A stretch of DNA of 16,552 nucleotides from PVC group bacterium (GTDB taxonomy: Bacteria; Auribacterota; Erginobacteria; Erginobacterales; Erginobacteraceae), in NCBI GenBank assembly GCA_043804695.1, contig JAZDIV010000124.1, positions 1 to 16,552 on the forward strand, in the 5' to 3' direction. Below the pieces are notes generated by a model. The model made no database searches. It saw nothing but the letters and a program-made list of their open reading frames with translations, and was not told where the DNA came from. The position numbers and the translations under genes were made by a program. Position 1 is the stretch's first letter; the number at the start of each line of letters is the position of its first letter. This document shows, piece by piece, positions 7,965-16,501 of the stretch.

Positions 7965-8777
7965 ATGTCCAACGTAAGCCATTCTCATAAAACCAGGAAA
8001 TTTCTTCGCCCTGCCCTGGTCTCTCTCCTCTGGCTGGGTGTGATGGGGATATTTTTCACCAAGGAGATCCTCCCCTCGCTCACCGGTCCCGCATCCTCCA
8101 TCCCACTTCTTCAGGCCGGCCTCCCGGAACTGGTCGGGGACGAATGGATGGGGATCTTTTACGGCCGGGAACAGGTCGGGTACGCCCACACCGTTCTCTA
8201 CCCCTACCGGGAAGAAGGGTTTTACGGGTCGGCTCTCGACAGCACCGTCTGGCTGGAACTGCCCTTGCTCGGCCGGAGCAACCGGGTCCGGGTCAGCACT
8301 TTCTGCCTGATCGCCCCGGGAGGGGAGATCGCCCGGCTGACGGTCTCCGCCTCCTCCGCCGCACCCGCTCTCTCCCTCCAGGCCCGGCTGAAGGATAGTG
8401 ACCTTGTGGTGCTTATAACGGCCGGGGGAGAGACGAGAGAACTTTCGTTCCCCCTCCCCCGCCCCTCCCTTCCCGCCTACGTCCTCACCCCCTTCCTCGC
8501 CCTCCGGCCGCTCGGGAAGGGAGAGACTTTCACCGTCTCCACGCTCGATCCCCTGGCCAGTTTGACCGCCGGAAGGCCGGAAGAAGGGACCGTCCGTTTC
8601 GAAGTGGTGGACCAGACCCCTGATGGTTTCCGGCTCCTGGCTTATTACGGCGGGATGACCGGGGAACTGAGGCTCGACCCGGCCGGGAATGTCCGGGAGA
8701 TTACGACCCCCTTCGGCTGGACGATGAAGAGGCAGACCGCGGCCGAGGTGACGGGGTTTCTGGAACGAATCAAATAA
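7965..8777 (+). CDS. Membrane-anchored hypothetical protein resembling the N-terminal beta-domain of ABC-linked transglutaminase-like proteins, without the catalytic domain
   Basis: N-terminal TM helix; 'DEWMGIFYGREQVGYAHT' motif; ends 'LDPAGNVREITTPFGWTMKR'; first gene of the ABC operon. Confidence 0.55.
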   Translation: MSNVSHSHKTRKFLRPALVSLLWLGVMGIFFTKEILPSLTGPASSIPLLQAGLPELVGDEWMGIFYGREQVGYAHTVLYPYREEGFYGSALDSTVWLELPLLGRSNRVRVSTFCLIAPGGEIARLTVSASSAAPALSLQARLKDSDLVVLITAGGETRELSFPLPRPSLPAYVLTPFLALRPLGKGETFTVSTLDPLASLTAGRPEEGTVRFEVVDQTPDGFRLLAYYGGMTGELRLDPAGNVREITTPFGWTMKRQTAAEVTGFLERIK

Positions 8778-8822
8778 TAAAACCACCGAGACACGGGGAT
8801 CAATTCCGAATTAATCTCCATC

Positions 8823-8847
8823 TAAAATTTTTCGAAGAAAAATTTTA
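8823..8847. repeat. AT-rich palindrome, copy 1, directly upstream of ATG 8850
   Basis: TAAAATTTTTC-gaa-GAAAAATTTTA, an 11-bp perfect stem. Confidence 0.8.
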
Positions 8848-8849
8848 AT

Positions 8850-9971
8850 ATGAACGATCGAGCTAAATGGTTGTGTTTACTGCTCATGGTTCTCCTGGCC
8901 GGCGGGGGGATCATTCTGGCCGGGTGGATGATCTGGGAGCGGTCCCAGAAATCAGCCGGGCTGCCCCTGGACCGGGAGCAGACGGAAGAACTGCGCGATC
9001 AGCTGGACCACAACCTCAAATCCATTTTCATCTTCGACCCCCAGACCTCCTACCGGCTGAAGCCCTCCTTTCGGGGTCTCCGGCACGACTCCCCCACCCT
9101 GCCGCACGTTACCAACAGCCGGGGCATTTTGGGAGATGCGGAGGTGAACCCCGATCCCTCGATCCGGAAGGTTCTCTTCCTGGGTGACTCGGTCGCCTAT
9201 GGAGAACACATCCCCTATGAAAAGGTTTTCATCAGCCGGATGGAGGAGGCGGCCGGCCCCTCCCGCCAGCTCCTGAACGCCGGCTGCCCCGGGTGGTCAA
9301 CCCACCAGGAACTGGAGGCCTACCGACTCTATCTCTCGGACCTGCCGGTCGACACGGTGGCGATCGTCTTCACCCTGAACGATCTGCTCCGCTTCGAGTG
9401 GGTCTGGCGGGACGAGAGCAGCTTCCAGATGTCGGCGGAGCTGCGGGGATTGGGGGGGCTGGCCCATTCCCGGCTGACCGCCCGGTCGCTCCGGGAACTG
9501 CGGGACCGGTTCTGGAACGATCCCGGGCTGCGCCCGCTGGCCGACCTCAATAACACCTGCCTGAACGCCTATCTGCCCGGCCGGTGGTCCCGGTTCATCG
9601 AAGAGATCCGGCCCGCGGTCCGGAAGATCGCGGGGGAGAAGCGTCTGATCGTGATCGGATCGCCGGCCCGGCCCCAGCTGGAGGCGCTCGACCGGGGAGC
9701 CGACCCGGAGACGGTCCTCTTCCCCCAGCGGCGGATGGAGAGATTCTGCGCTGAAGAGGGAATCGAATTTATCGATCTTCTGGAGGTCTTCCTGCCGATG
9801 GGGAAAGGTTATGACCCGGCCCTCTTCCTCCATGACGACCGGGGGCTTCTCCACCTATCCCAGAAGGGGCATGAGAAGGTGGCGGAGTACCTCTGGCCAA
9901 TTATTCTTAAAAATCATATGCTCAATAATCCTCCCGTTAAAATTTTTTCCGAAGGAAAAATTTTACAATGA
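8850..9971 (+). CDS. SGNH/GDSL hydrolase family protein with N-terminal membrane anchor
   Basis: Block I FLGDSVAYG, block II NAGCPGWS, block III TLND, block V LHLSQKGH; 'TNSRG' motif before block I. Confidence 0.85.
   Translation: MNDRAKWLCLLLMVLLAGGGIILAGWMIWERSQKSAGLPLDREQTEELRDQLDHNLKSIFIFDPQTSYRLKPSFRGLRHDSPTLPHVTNSRGILGDAEVNPDPSIRKVLFLGDSVAYGEHIPYEKVFISRMEEAAGPSRQLLNAGCPGWSTHQELEAYRLYLSDLPVDTVAIVFTLNDLLRFEWVWRDESSFQMSAELRGLGGLAHSRLTARSLRELRDRFWNDPGLRPLADLNNTCLNAYLPGRWSRFIEEIRPAVRKIAGEKRLIVIGSPARPQLEALDRGADPETVLFPQRRMERFCAEEGIEFIDLLEVFLPMGKGYDPALFLHDDRGLLHLSQKGHEKVAEYLWPIILKNHMLNNPPVKIFSEGKILQ
9938..9965. repeat. AT-rich palindrome, copy 2, directly upstream of ATG 9968
   Basis: TAAAATTTTTTCC-gaa-GGAAAAATTTTA, with one bulged T. 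Confidence 0.8.
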
Positions 9972-10711
9972 TCACAACCAGAAATCTCACCAAAGTTTTC
10001 GGCGATAAAATCGCCGTTCGGAACCTCGACCTGGAGATCCCGGCCGGAGAGCTGTTCGCTTTCATCGGGCCGAACGGCGCCGGCAAGAGCACCACCATCA
10101 GGATGCTGGCCGGTCTCCTCATCCCGACGCAGGGGAGAGCCTTTATCGGGGGGCATGACATCCAGAAGAGCCCGGTCGAAGCAAAGAAACTGATCGGCTA
10201 TATCCCCGATTTTCCCTTTCTCTACGAACGGTTGACCGGGAGGGAGTTTCTGGAATTCGTCGGCCGGATTTACGGCCTTCCCCGGAACAAACTAACCGAC
10301 CTGATCGAGAGATATCTCGGCCTGCTGGGCTTGAAAGACCTGGCCGGGGAATTGATCCGGAACTTTTCCCACGGATACCGCCAGCGGCTGGTCTTCGCTT
10401 CCGCGTTTCTTCATAACCCGCGGGTCCTGATCATCGACGAGCCGTTGGTGGGGCTCGATCCCCGGACCGCCCGGCTGATCAAAGACCTTTTGAAAGAACA
10501 CTGCCGGCGGGACGGCGCCGTCTTCATGTCCACCCACACTCTCTCGGTCGCCGAGGAGATCGCCGACCGGGTCGGCATTATCGACGAAGGGAAACTGATC
10601 GCCTGCGGGAGCCTGGAAGAACTGCGGCAAAAGAGCGGGGTTGACGGGAAACTGGAGGAGGTGTTTCTTAAATTGACGGAAGAGGAACAGGTACCGGAGG
10701 TCGGTTCATAA
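9968..10711 (+). CDS. ABC transporter ATP-binding protein (ABC-2/DrrA-like)
   Basis: Walker A GPNGAGKST, signature variant FSHGYRQR, Walker B LIIDEP, H-loop MSTH, C-terminal LEEVFLKLT. Confidence 0.95.
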   Translation: MITTRNLTKVFGDKIAVRNLDLEIPAGELFAFIGPNGAGKSTTIRMLAGLLIPTQGRAFIGGHDIQKSPVEAKKLIGYIPDFPFLYERLTGREFLEFVGRIYGLPRNKLTDLIERYLGLLGLKDLAGELIRNFSHGYRQRLVFASAFLHNPRVLIIDEPLVGLDPRTARLIKDLLKEHCRRDGAVFMSTHTLSVAEEIADRVGIIDEGKLIACGSLEELRQKSGVDGKLEEVFLKLTEEEQVPEVGS

Positions 10712-10736
10712 TCAGCGCCAAAGAATGAGTATCCAA

Positions 10737-10826
10737 GGAGTAATGGAATGATGGAGTGATGGAGCCGCTCGGCCGGGCTGTGCCGGGTGCCCAGTACCCC
10801 AACATTCCAGTACTCCAACACTCCAT
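10737..10826. repeat. Second hairpin element built from 8-mer tandem units
   Basis: Left arm ggagtaat-ggaatgat-ggagtgat-ggag; right arm ccagtacc-ccaacatt-ccagtact-ccaacact-ccat. Confidence 0.75.
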
Positions 10827-10858
10827 TCTTCTACATTCGGATTTAGGAATTTATCTCC

Positions 10859-12655
10859 ATGCTCTACTTATTCATTCTCCGTTTTAATCAGGCAAGAAAC
10901 AACTTTCGCGGGCTGCTCAAGACCGGCCGGCTCCGTCTCTTCATCGGTCTCTTCGTCCTCCTGGTCGTCTGGGCGGGGCTTTTCGGGGGTTTTTACCGGG
11001 CGTTCACCTTTCTCCAGACGTTTCTGGGCGTGGGCCAGGTCCTGATCGAGAGGCTGATCTACCTTTTAACCTTCGCTCTCTTCATCATGCTGATCTTCAG
11101 CAACGCCGCCGTCTCCTTCCAGCTTCATTTCAAGGCCCTCGAGACCGGGTACCTCCATACCCTCCCCCTCCCCCCGGGCGCCGTCTATTGGTTCCTGCTT
11201 CTGGAAGGGGCGGTCCTCAGCACCTGGGCCACGATCTTCTTGATCTTCCCGGTCGTGCTGGCCTATAGCCTGACGCACGGGATCTCGCTCGCCGCCTGCC
11301 TTCTGCTCCTCCTTTTCGCGGCCGGGCTCTCCTCGCTGGCCGCCTTGATCGGCGCGCTGATCGCCGCCCTGATCCCGCGGCTGCTGGCGCCGGGAAAGAC
11401 GCGGGCCGCGGTCATCGCGGCCGTCGTCATTGTCGCCCTGGCCATCCCCTTCCGGCGCGCGCTTTCTCCCGGCTCCCCTCCGGCGCCCGACCGGACGACC
11501 CTGATGGTCAACCGGCTCCTCGAGCACAGCCGGGCCACGCTCAGCCCGATCCTGCCCGGGTACTGGGCCGCGGAGGGCTTCATCCAGGCGGCCGGGGGCC
11601 GGTTCCGCCGGTCGCTCGGCTTCCTGGCCGTTCTGGCGGTCAACGCGCTTCTGGCCGCGCAGATCGTGGAACTGACCGCGGAACGAAGCTATCCGGAAAC
11701 CTGGTCGCTCTACCACAGCCGGGGGCCGAGGCGACGGAAAGGTAAAGCAGCGCGGGAAGACAAGAACATAGTTACCTCCCAGAATCTCCGCGGGCCGACG
11801 GCCCGGATCGAGGTTGGAAACCTCTCCCACAATTTGCCTGGCCGGATCGAGGTTGAAAACCTCTCCCACAATTTGCCGGGCCGGATCAAGGTTGAAAACC
11901 TCTCCCACCGGATGCCCGGCCCCCTCTCCTGCCTCCCCTCCCCCGCCCGGGCGCTCCTGGTGAAAGACGTTAAAACCTTTTTCCGGGACCCGGCCCAGTG
12001 GCTCCAGACGGCGATCCTTTTCGGTCTCCTGGCAATCTATATCGTCAATATCCGGAACATGCCCCGGAACGTCTATCAGCCGTTCTGGAAGAGCCTGATC
12101 ACCTTCTTCAACCTGGGGGCCGCCTCTTTGGTCCTGGCCACTCTGACCACGCGGTTCATCTATCCCTCTTTCAGCCTGGAGGGGAGAACCTTCTGGGTGC
12201 TGGGGCTGGCGCCGATCCCGCGGCGGACGATCTTCCGGGTGAAATTCGGGGGCGGTTTTATCGCGGCGCTTCTTATTACCGAGCCGCTGATGCTCCTCTC
12301 CAACCACATCCTGGAAGTCTCCGGGACAATGACACTGGTCACCTGCGGGGCAATTTTTCTGATGGCGGGGGTGCTGGTAAGTTTGGCCACCGGGATGGGC
12401 GCGATCTTCCCGGATTTCAACCAGGACAACCCGGCCCGAATCGCTTCCGGATTCGGCGGGACCCTAAACCTGGTACTCAGCCTGATTTATATCTCTCTCA
12501 CAGTCGGAGCACTGGCACTGGCATATCATTTCAGGGAATTGATAAAACTGCCGATTGCGGCGAGCGCTGTCTGTTTTGTATTGTCTCTTTCCGCCCTGGG
12601 AATTTATCTTCCTATTAAATTGGGGATCCGCGCGATAGAGAGATGTGAATTTTAG
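10859..12655 (+). CDS. Putative ABC-2 type exporter permease (two-lobed polytopic membrane protein)
   Basis: Many TM segments; 'YLHTLPL', 'KDVKTFFRDPAQW' and 'SLEGRTFWVLGLAPI' motifs; follows the ATPase gene. Confidence 0.85.
   Translation: MLYLFILRFNQARNNFRGLLKTGRLRLFIGLFVLLVVWAGLFGGFYRAFTFLQTFLGVGQVLIERLIYLLTFALFIMLIFSNAAVSFQLHFKALETGYLHTLPLPPGAVYWFLLLEGAVLSTWATIFLIFPVVLAYSLTHGISLAACLLLLLFAAGLSSLAALIGALIAALIPRLLAPGKTRAAVIAAVVIVALAIPFRRALSPGSPPAPDRTTLMVNRLLEHSRATLSPILPGYWAAEGFIQAAGGRFRRSLGFLAVLAVNALLAAQIVELTAERSYPETWSLYHSRGPRRRKGKAAREDKNIVTSQNLRGPTARIEVGNLSHNLPGRIEVENLSHNLPGRIKVENLSHRMPGPLSCLPSPARALLVKDVKTFFRDPAQWLQTAILFGLLAIYIVNIRNMPRNVYQPFWKSLITFFNLGAASLVLATLTTRFIYPSFSLEGRTFWVLGLAPIPRRTIFRVKFGGGFIAALLITEPLMLLSNHILEVSGTMTLVTCGAIFLMAGVLVSLATGMGAIFPDFNQDNPARIASGFGGTLNLVLSLIYISLTVGALALAYHFRELIKLPIAASAVCFVLSLSALGIYLPIKLGIRAIERCEF
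11803..11908. repeat. In-frame 39-bp tandem repeat x3 of a REP-like palindrome
   Basis: Units start at 11803, 11842 and 11881: CCGGATCRAGGTTGRAAACCTCTCCCAC; translated as RI(E/K)V(G/E)NLSH. Confidence 0.9.
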
Positions 12656-12758
12656 TTTGATCAGCCTTGAACCCAGACTCCCCGCAGGCCGGTGATAATC
12701 ACCCCAGGGCGCAAACTGAATTAATATTATTGACGCCCCAAAGCTCAGTCGAATCCGT

Positions 12759-14498
12759 TTAACTCCCGTCTGGCTCTACGGCTCTTTGCCGGGCGCGTTC
12801 CAGATAACTACGAGCATTTTCAAATCCCGGATTTAATTCAAGCGCCCGGGAAAAAAATTCGATCGCCTGAACATATTTTCCCTGCCTGAATAATACAACA
12901 CCCGAGTTATAATAAGCTCCCGCGAAGTAAGGATTAATCCGGTTCGCCCCGGCGTAACAGTCGAGAGCTTCTTCCAGCTTCCCCTGCTCGACCAGAGCGT
13001 TCCCCAGGTTGTTCAACGCTTCCAGATGATTCGGCTTGATTTTAAGCGCCTGTCGATAATAATAAATTGCCGCGTCCAGCTCACCCTCATCCGCCAGTAC
13101 AATAGCCAGATTATTATACCTGTCCGGATCATCCGGCTTCGCCCGGACAGCCCGATGATGAAATTTAATCGCTTCCGCGTTTTTTCCCATCCGGTGAAAC
13201 GCGTTTCCCATTAGTTCGTTGGCGATGGAGCTACCCGGCTGGGATTTCAGCGCCCGGCGCCAGAGGTTGAGGGAATTCTCCCAAACCTGTTCCTGTTCAA
13301 TAGTGAGAAGGGAAAGAGCCAACAAGCCGCACCAGCCGACCAACCAGGCAAAGCGGGATTTGAAATAGTTTATTCCGGAATAAGCGTAACAGATCGCCAG
13401 GGAGATCCCCAGGGAAGGCAAATAGGTAAACCTATCGGCGATATATGTCGCCCCGGTGGGGAAAAAACCGGATGCCGGAAACAAAGTGATCAAATAAAAT
13501 AAATAAGCGAACAAAGGCCAATCCTTGCCTCTCCGCCTGAGGTACATCATCCAAGCCATGATGGTGATAAGTCCGATTATATTCAATAACAGAAAGAATA
13601 CAGAAACCCGGTCAAAAACAACTCCCTGATAAAGGGGCCAGAGGTTTACGGGTAAAATAATTTTTCCGAGATAAAAGAAAGCCGTGCGGGTCCATAGATA
13701 TAACCTGACTCCAAAACCGATATCGGCAAAGGAGGCCAGAGATCCAAATTTGTTCTGGGCAACAAGGGCTACCGCCGCCGTAAACAAGGCGAAGACACAA
13801 TAAGGTAATTTTTCGATGACCAGAAAGGAGTAGCTCTGCTCTCTCCTCTTAACCAGCAGACAGTCGATCAGCAAGAGGACTGCCGGAAGTGATACCGCCA
13901 TCGGTTTAACCAGACAGGACATTAAGGCAAATAACAGGGAAATAATATAATTTACCGTTCCATGTCTCCGGTCTTTCGGCCCCGAAGATAAGTTGCCGGC
14001 AAAGGATAGAGCGTAATTAAGATAAAAAATAATCGAGGTTAAGTAGAAAAAAACCAAGAGCACGTCTTTTCTCTCGGCAATCCATGCCACCGATTCAATG
14101 CGCAGGGGGTGAATCGAGAAAAAAACAGCGCCCAGGACAGATCCTTTTATATTTCTTCCCCCGCCCAATTTCAGGAGAATCAAAAAAACCAGCCAGGCAT
14201 TCAGAGCATGGATGAGCACGTTGCTTAAATGGTAACCCGCGGGATTGAAAGACCAGAACAAATAATCAAAATTATACGACGCCCATACCAGCGGTTTATA
14301 ATCCCCATTCACCATACTGGTGAACCACCAGGCAATATTATCCGGCCGGCAACCTCTCCACCCGGTATTCTTCAGCAACTGATTGTCATCCCAGTTTACG
14401 AAGCCGGAACCCAGTGACGGGGAGAAGACCAGGATGGTGAGGAGGATGATTAAGAGACCGCCCCGCCAAGGTAAGTCGCGTGTACCGTTTTTTATCAA
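12759..14498 (-). CDS. TMTC-like GT-C glycosyltransferase (putative protein O-mannosyltransferase) with C-terminal TPRs
   Basis: FVNWDD, YKPL, GYHLSNVLIHALN, HPLRIESVAWIAERKD and ADRFTYLPS motifs; about four TPRs (YNNLAIVL, LNNLGNAL, YYNSGVVL). The TTG start is uncertain. Confidence 0.85.
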   Translation of the reverse strand: MIKNGTRDLPWRGGLLIILLTILVFSPSLGSGFVNWDDNQLLKNTGWRGCRPDNIAWWFTSMVNGDYKPLVWASYNFDYLFWSFNPAGYHLSNVLIHALNAWLVFLILLKLGGGRNIKGSVLGAVFFSIHPLRIESVAWIAERKDVLLVFFYLTSIIFYLNYALSFAGNLSSGPKDRRHGTVNYIISLLFALMSCLVKPMAVSLPAVLLLIDCLLVKRREQSYSFLVIEKLPYCVFALFTAAVALVAQNKFGSLASFADIGFGVRLYLWTRTAFFYLGKIILPVNLWPLYQGVVFDRVSVFFLLLNIIGLITIMAWMMYLRRRGKDWPLFAYLFYLITLFPASGFFPTGATYIADRFTYLPSLGISLAICYAYSGINYFKSRFAWLVGWCGLLALSLLTIEQEQVWENSLNLWRRALKSQPGSSIANELMGNAFHRMGKNAEAIKFHHRAVRAKPDDPDRYNNLAIVLADEGELDAAIYYYRQALKIKPNHLEALNNLGNALVEQGKLEEALDCYAGANRINPYFAGAYYNSGVVLFRQGKYVQAIEFFSRALELNPGFENARSYLERARQRAVEPDGS

Positions 14499-14591
14499 AA
14501 TCCGATCCCTGGATGTGATTTTGCCGGCCCGATTTATGAATAAATCGGGATAGAGAAGAGCGAATTTTCAACTGCGGCCATCGGGATGGCT

Positions 14592-16238
14592 CTATTTATC
14601 TATATAATCCAACAAACCAACTCTTTTAAACAATTCTTTCGCAGATATAGGTGGTGTTCTCCGCCGCCCCTCTCCTTCCCCGGTTTCAACTGCTTCACTA
14701 TCCTTCTCGCTTTTCATAATTCGTATTTCCCGGCGAAAAGAGCTTACCAATTCCTGCTGACCGGGATAGACCCGGTCCACCACCGCCAGCTCGGCCTCGG
14801 CGGTCTCGAAATCGCCCTGGAGCGTAAAAAAAGTGGCCACGATAAGAAAGTCCGCCGGCCCGATTTTTTTATCCGGGTGAACCCAGGGAGGATTAAGGAA
14901 AACGAACAGGATCAACATCGCCATGATCAAAAACAACCCGGTGACCCGGCGGGTGCCCAGCAGATATCGCCCGGTGGACACCAAAAATAGAGCCGTAAAA
15001 ATTATCAAGACCGGTACAGCCGGAAGGCGGAAGCGGGAGAGATGATAAAATATCACCACGGGTAAAATAATCGCTCCCACATATAGATACAGGGGAAAGA
15101 CCTTTCGCCAGCGGCGAAGTGCGAGACCCATGCCTACCAGGGCTGCCGGACCAAGCAGAGCAAAGGTATAAGTACAAAATCGAAGAAATGGCGAGTGGTA
15201 GCGGGCATAATATAAGTTGGCGTTGTTGGGGGTCTCGTATCCCCGCCAGAACGCGTAGAATTTCCGGGGGCACCGGGCCAGAATCTGGCCCCATCCGCCC
15301 GGATTCGTCTTCACCGTGGCCAGGACGGTTGGAAGAAATTTACCTCCCCCTTCACGGAGTATTTTACCGGTGAAGGTACTTACCTCAAAGGAGGTGCCGC
15401 TGACGTCCCCGGCGTTTCCAAATGTAAAGGTAACCGCCCCCACCGAAGAAGAAGAAAAAAGCGGCGCCCCCACCAGGATATTCCGAACGAGCAGAGGGAG
15501 GAGACAGATACCGAAACCGGCTCCCAGGGCCAGCAGGCGTTTGATCGCACCCTTCCTGGGTTTGTTTCCTACTCCGGAGAATACCGCGGTAAGGCATAGA
15601 GCCCCGAACCATGGCAAAAAACCCGCCTTGAGGAGAAATAGGAGTCCCGCCGAGATTCCGGTAAAAAGCCAGGCTGAAATCCCTTTCCCCGTTGCCGCCC
15701 GTAAGCACAGGTAAAGCGATAGTAAACCGGCCGCGGACAGCCAGACCTCTCGTAATAATTGTGACTCGTACAGATAAAAAGGACCGTAGAAAAGATAGAG
15801 GGCCGCGGCGGTAAAAGCCACAACAGTACCAAACAACCGTCTTGCCACCGCGAATGTCAAGAGCATCGTTCCCACCCCGAGCAGGGCCTGGAGGATTGTA
15901 ATCCCCTCTATCGAAAAACCGACCGCGATAAGCCCCGCCAAGAGGTAAGGGTAAAGAGGAGCCTGATGGAAACGCTTTCCACCATACCATTGCTCCCATT
16001 CCCGGGGAGTACCCACCCGGGCGTGCCAGTAGTGATAAGGATGGAGGCTCCGGTCGGTGAGAAGATCCCCGGAACGGATCTGCCCGGCCCAGGACAAAAA
16101 AAAGCCCATGTCCAGGTGTTCCATCATATAACTCCGGAATACCGCGGTATTTTTTATCTGATGGAAGTATAATAAACGCAGGAGCAGCGCCACCGTAACC
16201 AGGACGGCCAATCCACCCCACTTAACCCATCCGGTCAT
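14592..16238 (-). CDS. ArnT/PMT-like (GT39/GT83-type) GT-C membrane glycosyltransferase
   Basis: LDM after TM1, 'QAPLYPYLLA', 'LQALLG', 'YESQLLRE', 'SRFRLP'; polytopic. ATG 16238 has a G-rich RBS; alternative start 16277. Confidence 0.8.
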   Translation of the reverse strand: MTGWVKWGGLAVLVTVALLLRLLYFHQIKNTAVFRSYMMEHLDMGFFLSWAGQIRSGDLLTDRSLHPYHYWHARVGTPREWEQWYGGKRFHQAPLYPYLLAGLIAVGFSIEGITILQALLGVGTMLLTFAVARRLFGTVVAFTAAALYLFYGPFYLYESQLLREVWLSAAGLLSLYLCLRAATGKGISAWLFTGISAGLLFLLKAGFLPWFGALCLTAVFSGVGNKPRKGAIKRLLALGAGFGICLLPLLVRNILVGAPLFSSSSVGAVTFTFGNAGDVSGTSFEVSTFTGKILREGGGKFLPTVLATVKTNPGGWGQILARCPRKFYAFWRGYETPNNANLYYARYHSPFLRFCTYTFALLGPAALVGMGLALRRWRKVFPLYLYVGAIILPVVIFYHLSRFRLPAVPVLIIFTALFLVSTGRYLLGTRRVTGLFLIMAMLILFVFLNPPWVHPDKKIGPADFLIVATFFTLQGDFETAEAELAVVDRVYPGQQELVSSFRREIRIMKSEKDSEAVETGEGEGRRRTPPISAKELFKRVGLLDYIDK

Positions 16239-16284
16239 TTTTCCCCCGCCGACAGTAACTGAATCGGTTTTATTCATTGGCTGT

Positions 16285-16494
16285 AGCTATACCCTATTCG
16301 AAAAACGTATCCCTTTGAAACAAAACTAAATAAAACCACGGAGAACACAGAGAACACGGAGAATTCCAAAAATGTGCAAAATCTATTCATTAACATCTAT
16401 TTTTTTCTCCGTGGTCTCCGTGATCTCCGTGGTAAAATTCAAGCCACCTTCGAGAATAAGCCGCTTAAAATACCTTTTCGAGTAAGGTATAGCT
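16285..16494. mobile_element. MITE-like element with ~25-bp imperfect terminal inverted repeats
   Basis: Left AGCTATACCCTATTCGAAAAACGTAT versus reverse complement of right AGCTATACCTTACTCGAAAAGGTAT (18 of the first 20 match); no coding capacity. Confidence 0.5.
16335..16433. repeat. Hairpin built from 9-mer tandem units (ACCACGGAG x3 per arm)
   Basis: accacggag-aacacagag-aacacggag-a ... t-ctccgtggt-ctccgtgat-ctccgtggt. Confidence 0.85.
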
Positions 16495-16501
16495 CAGTAA
16501 C

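Noticed and set aside
11803..11908. CRISPR array (28-bp palindromic repeats)
   Set aside because: The intervening 11-nt segments are nearly identical rather than unique spacers, the array is in frame within a CDS, and no cas genes are present.
12656..12758. Structured RNA or terminator in the convergent gap
   Set aside because: Only short weak palindromes (ggtgataatcacc); no U-tract or recognisable RNA motif.
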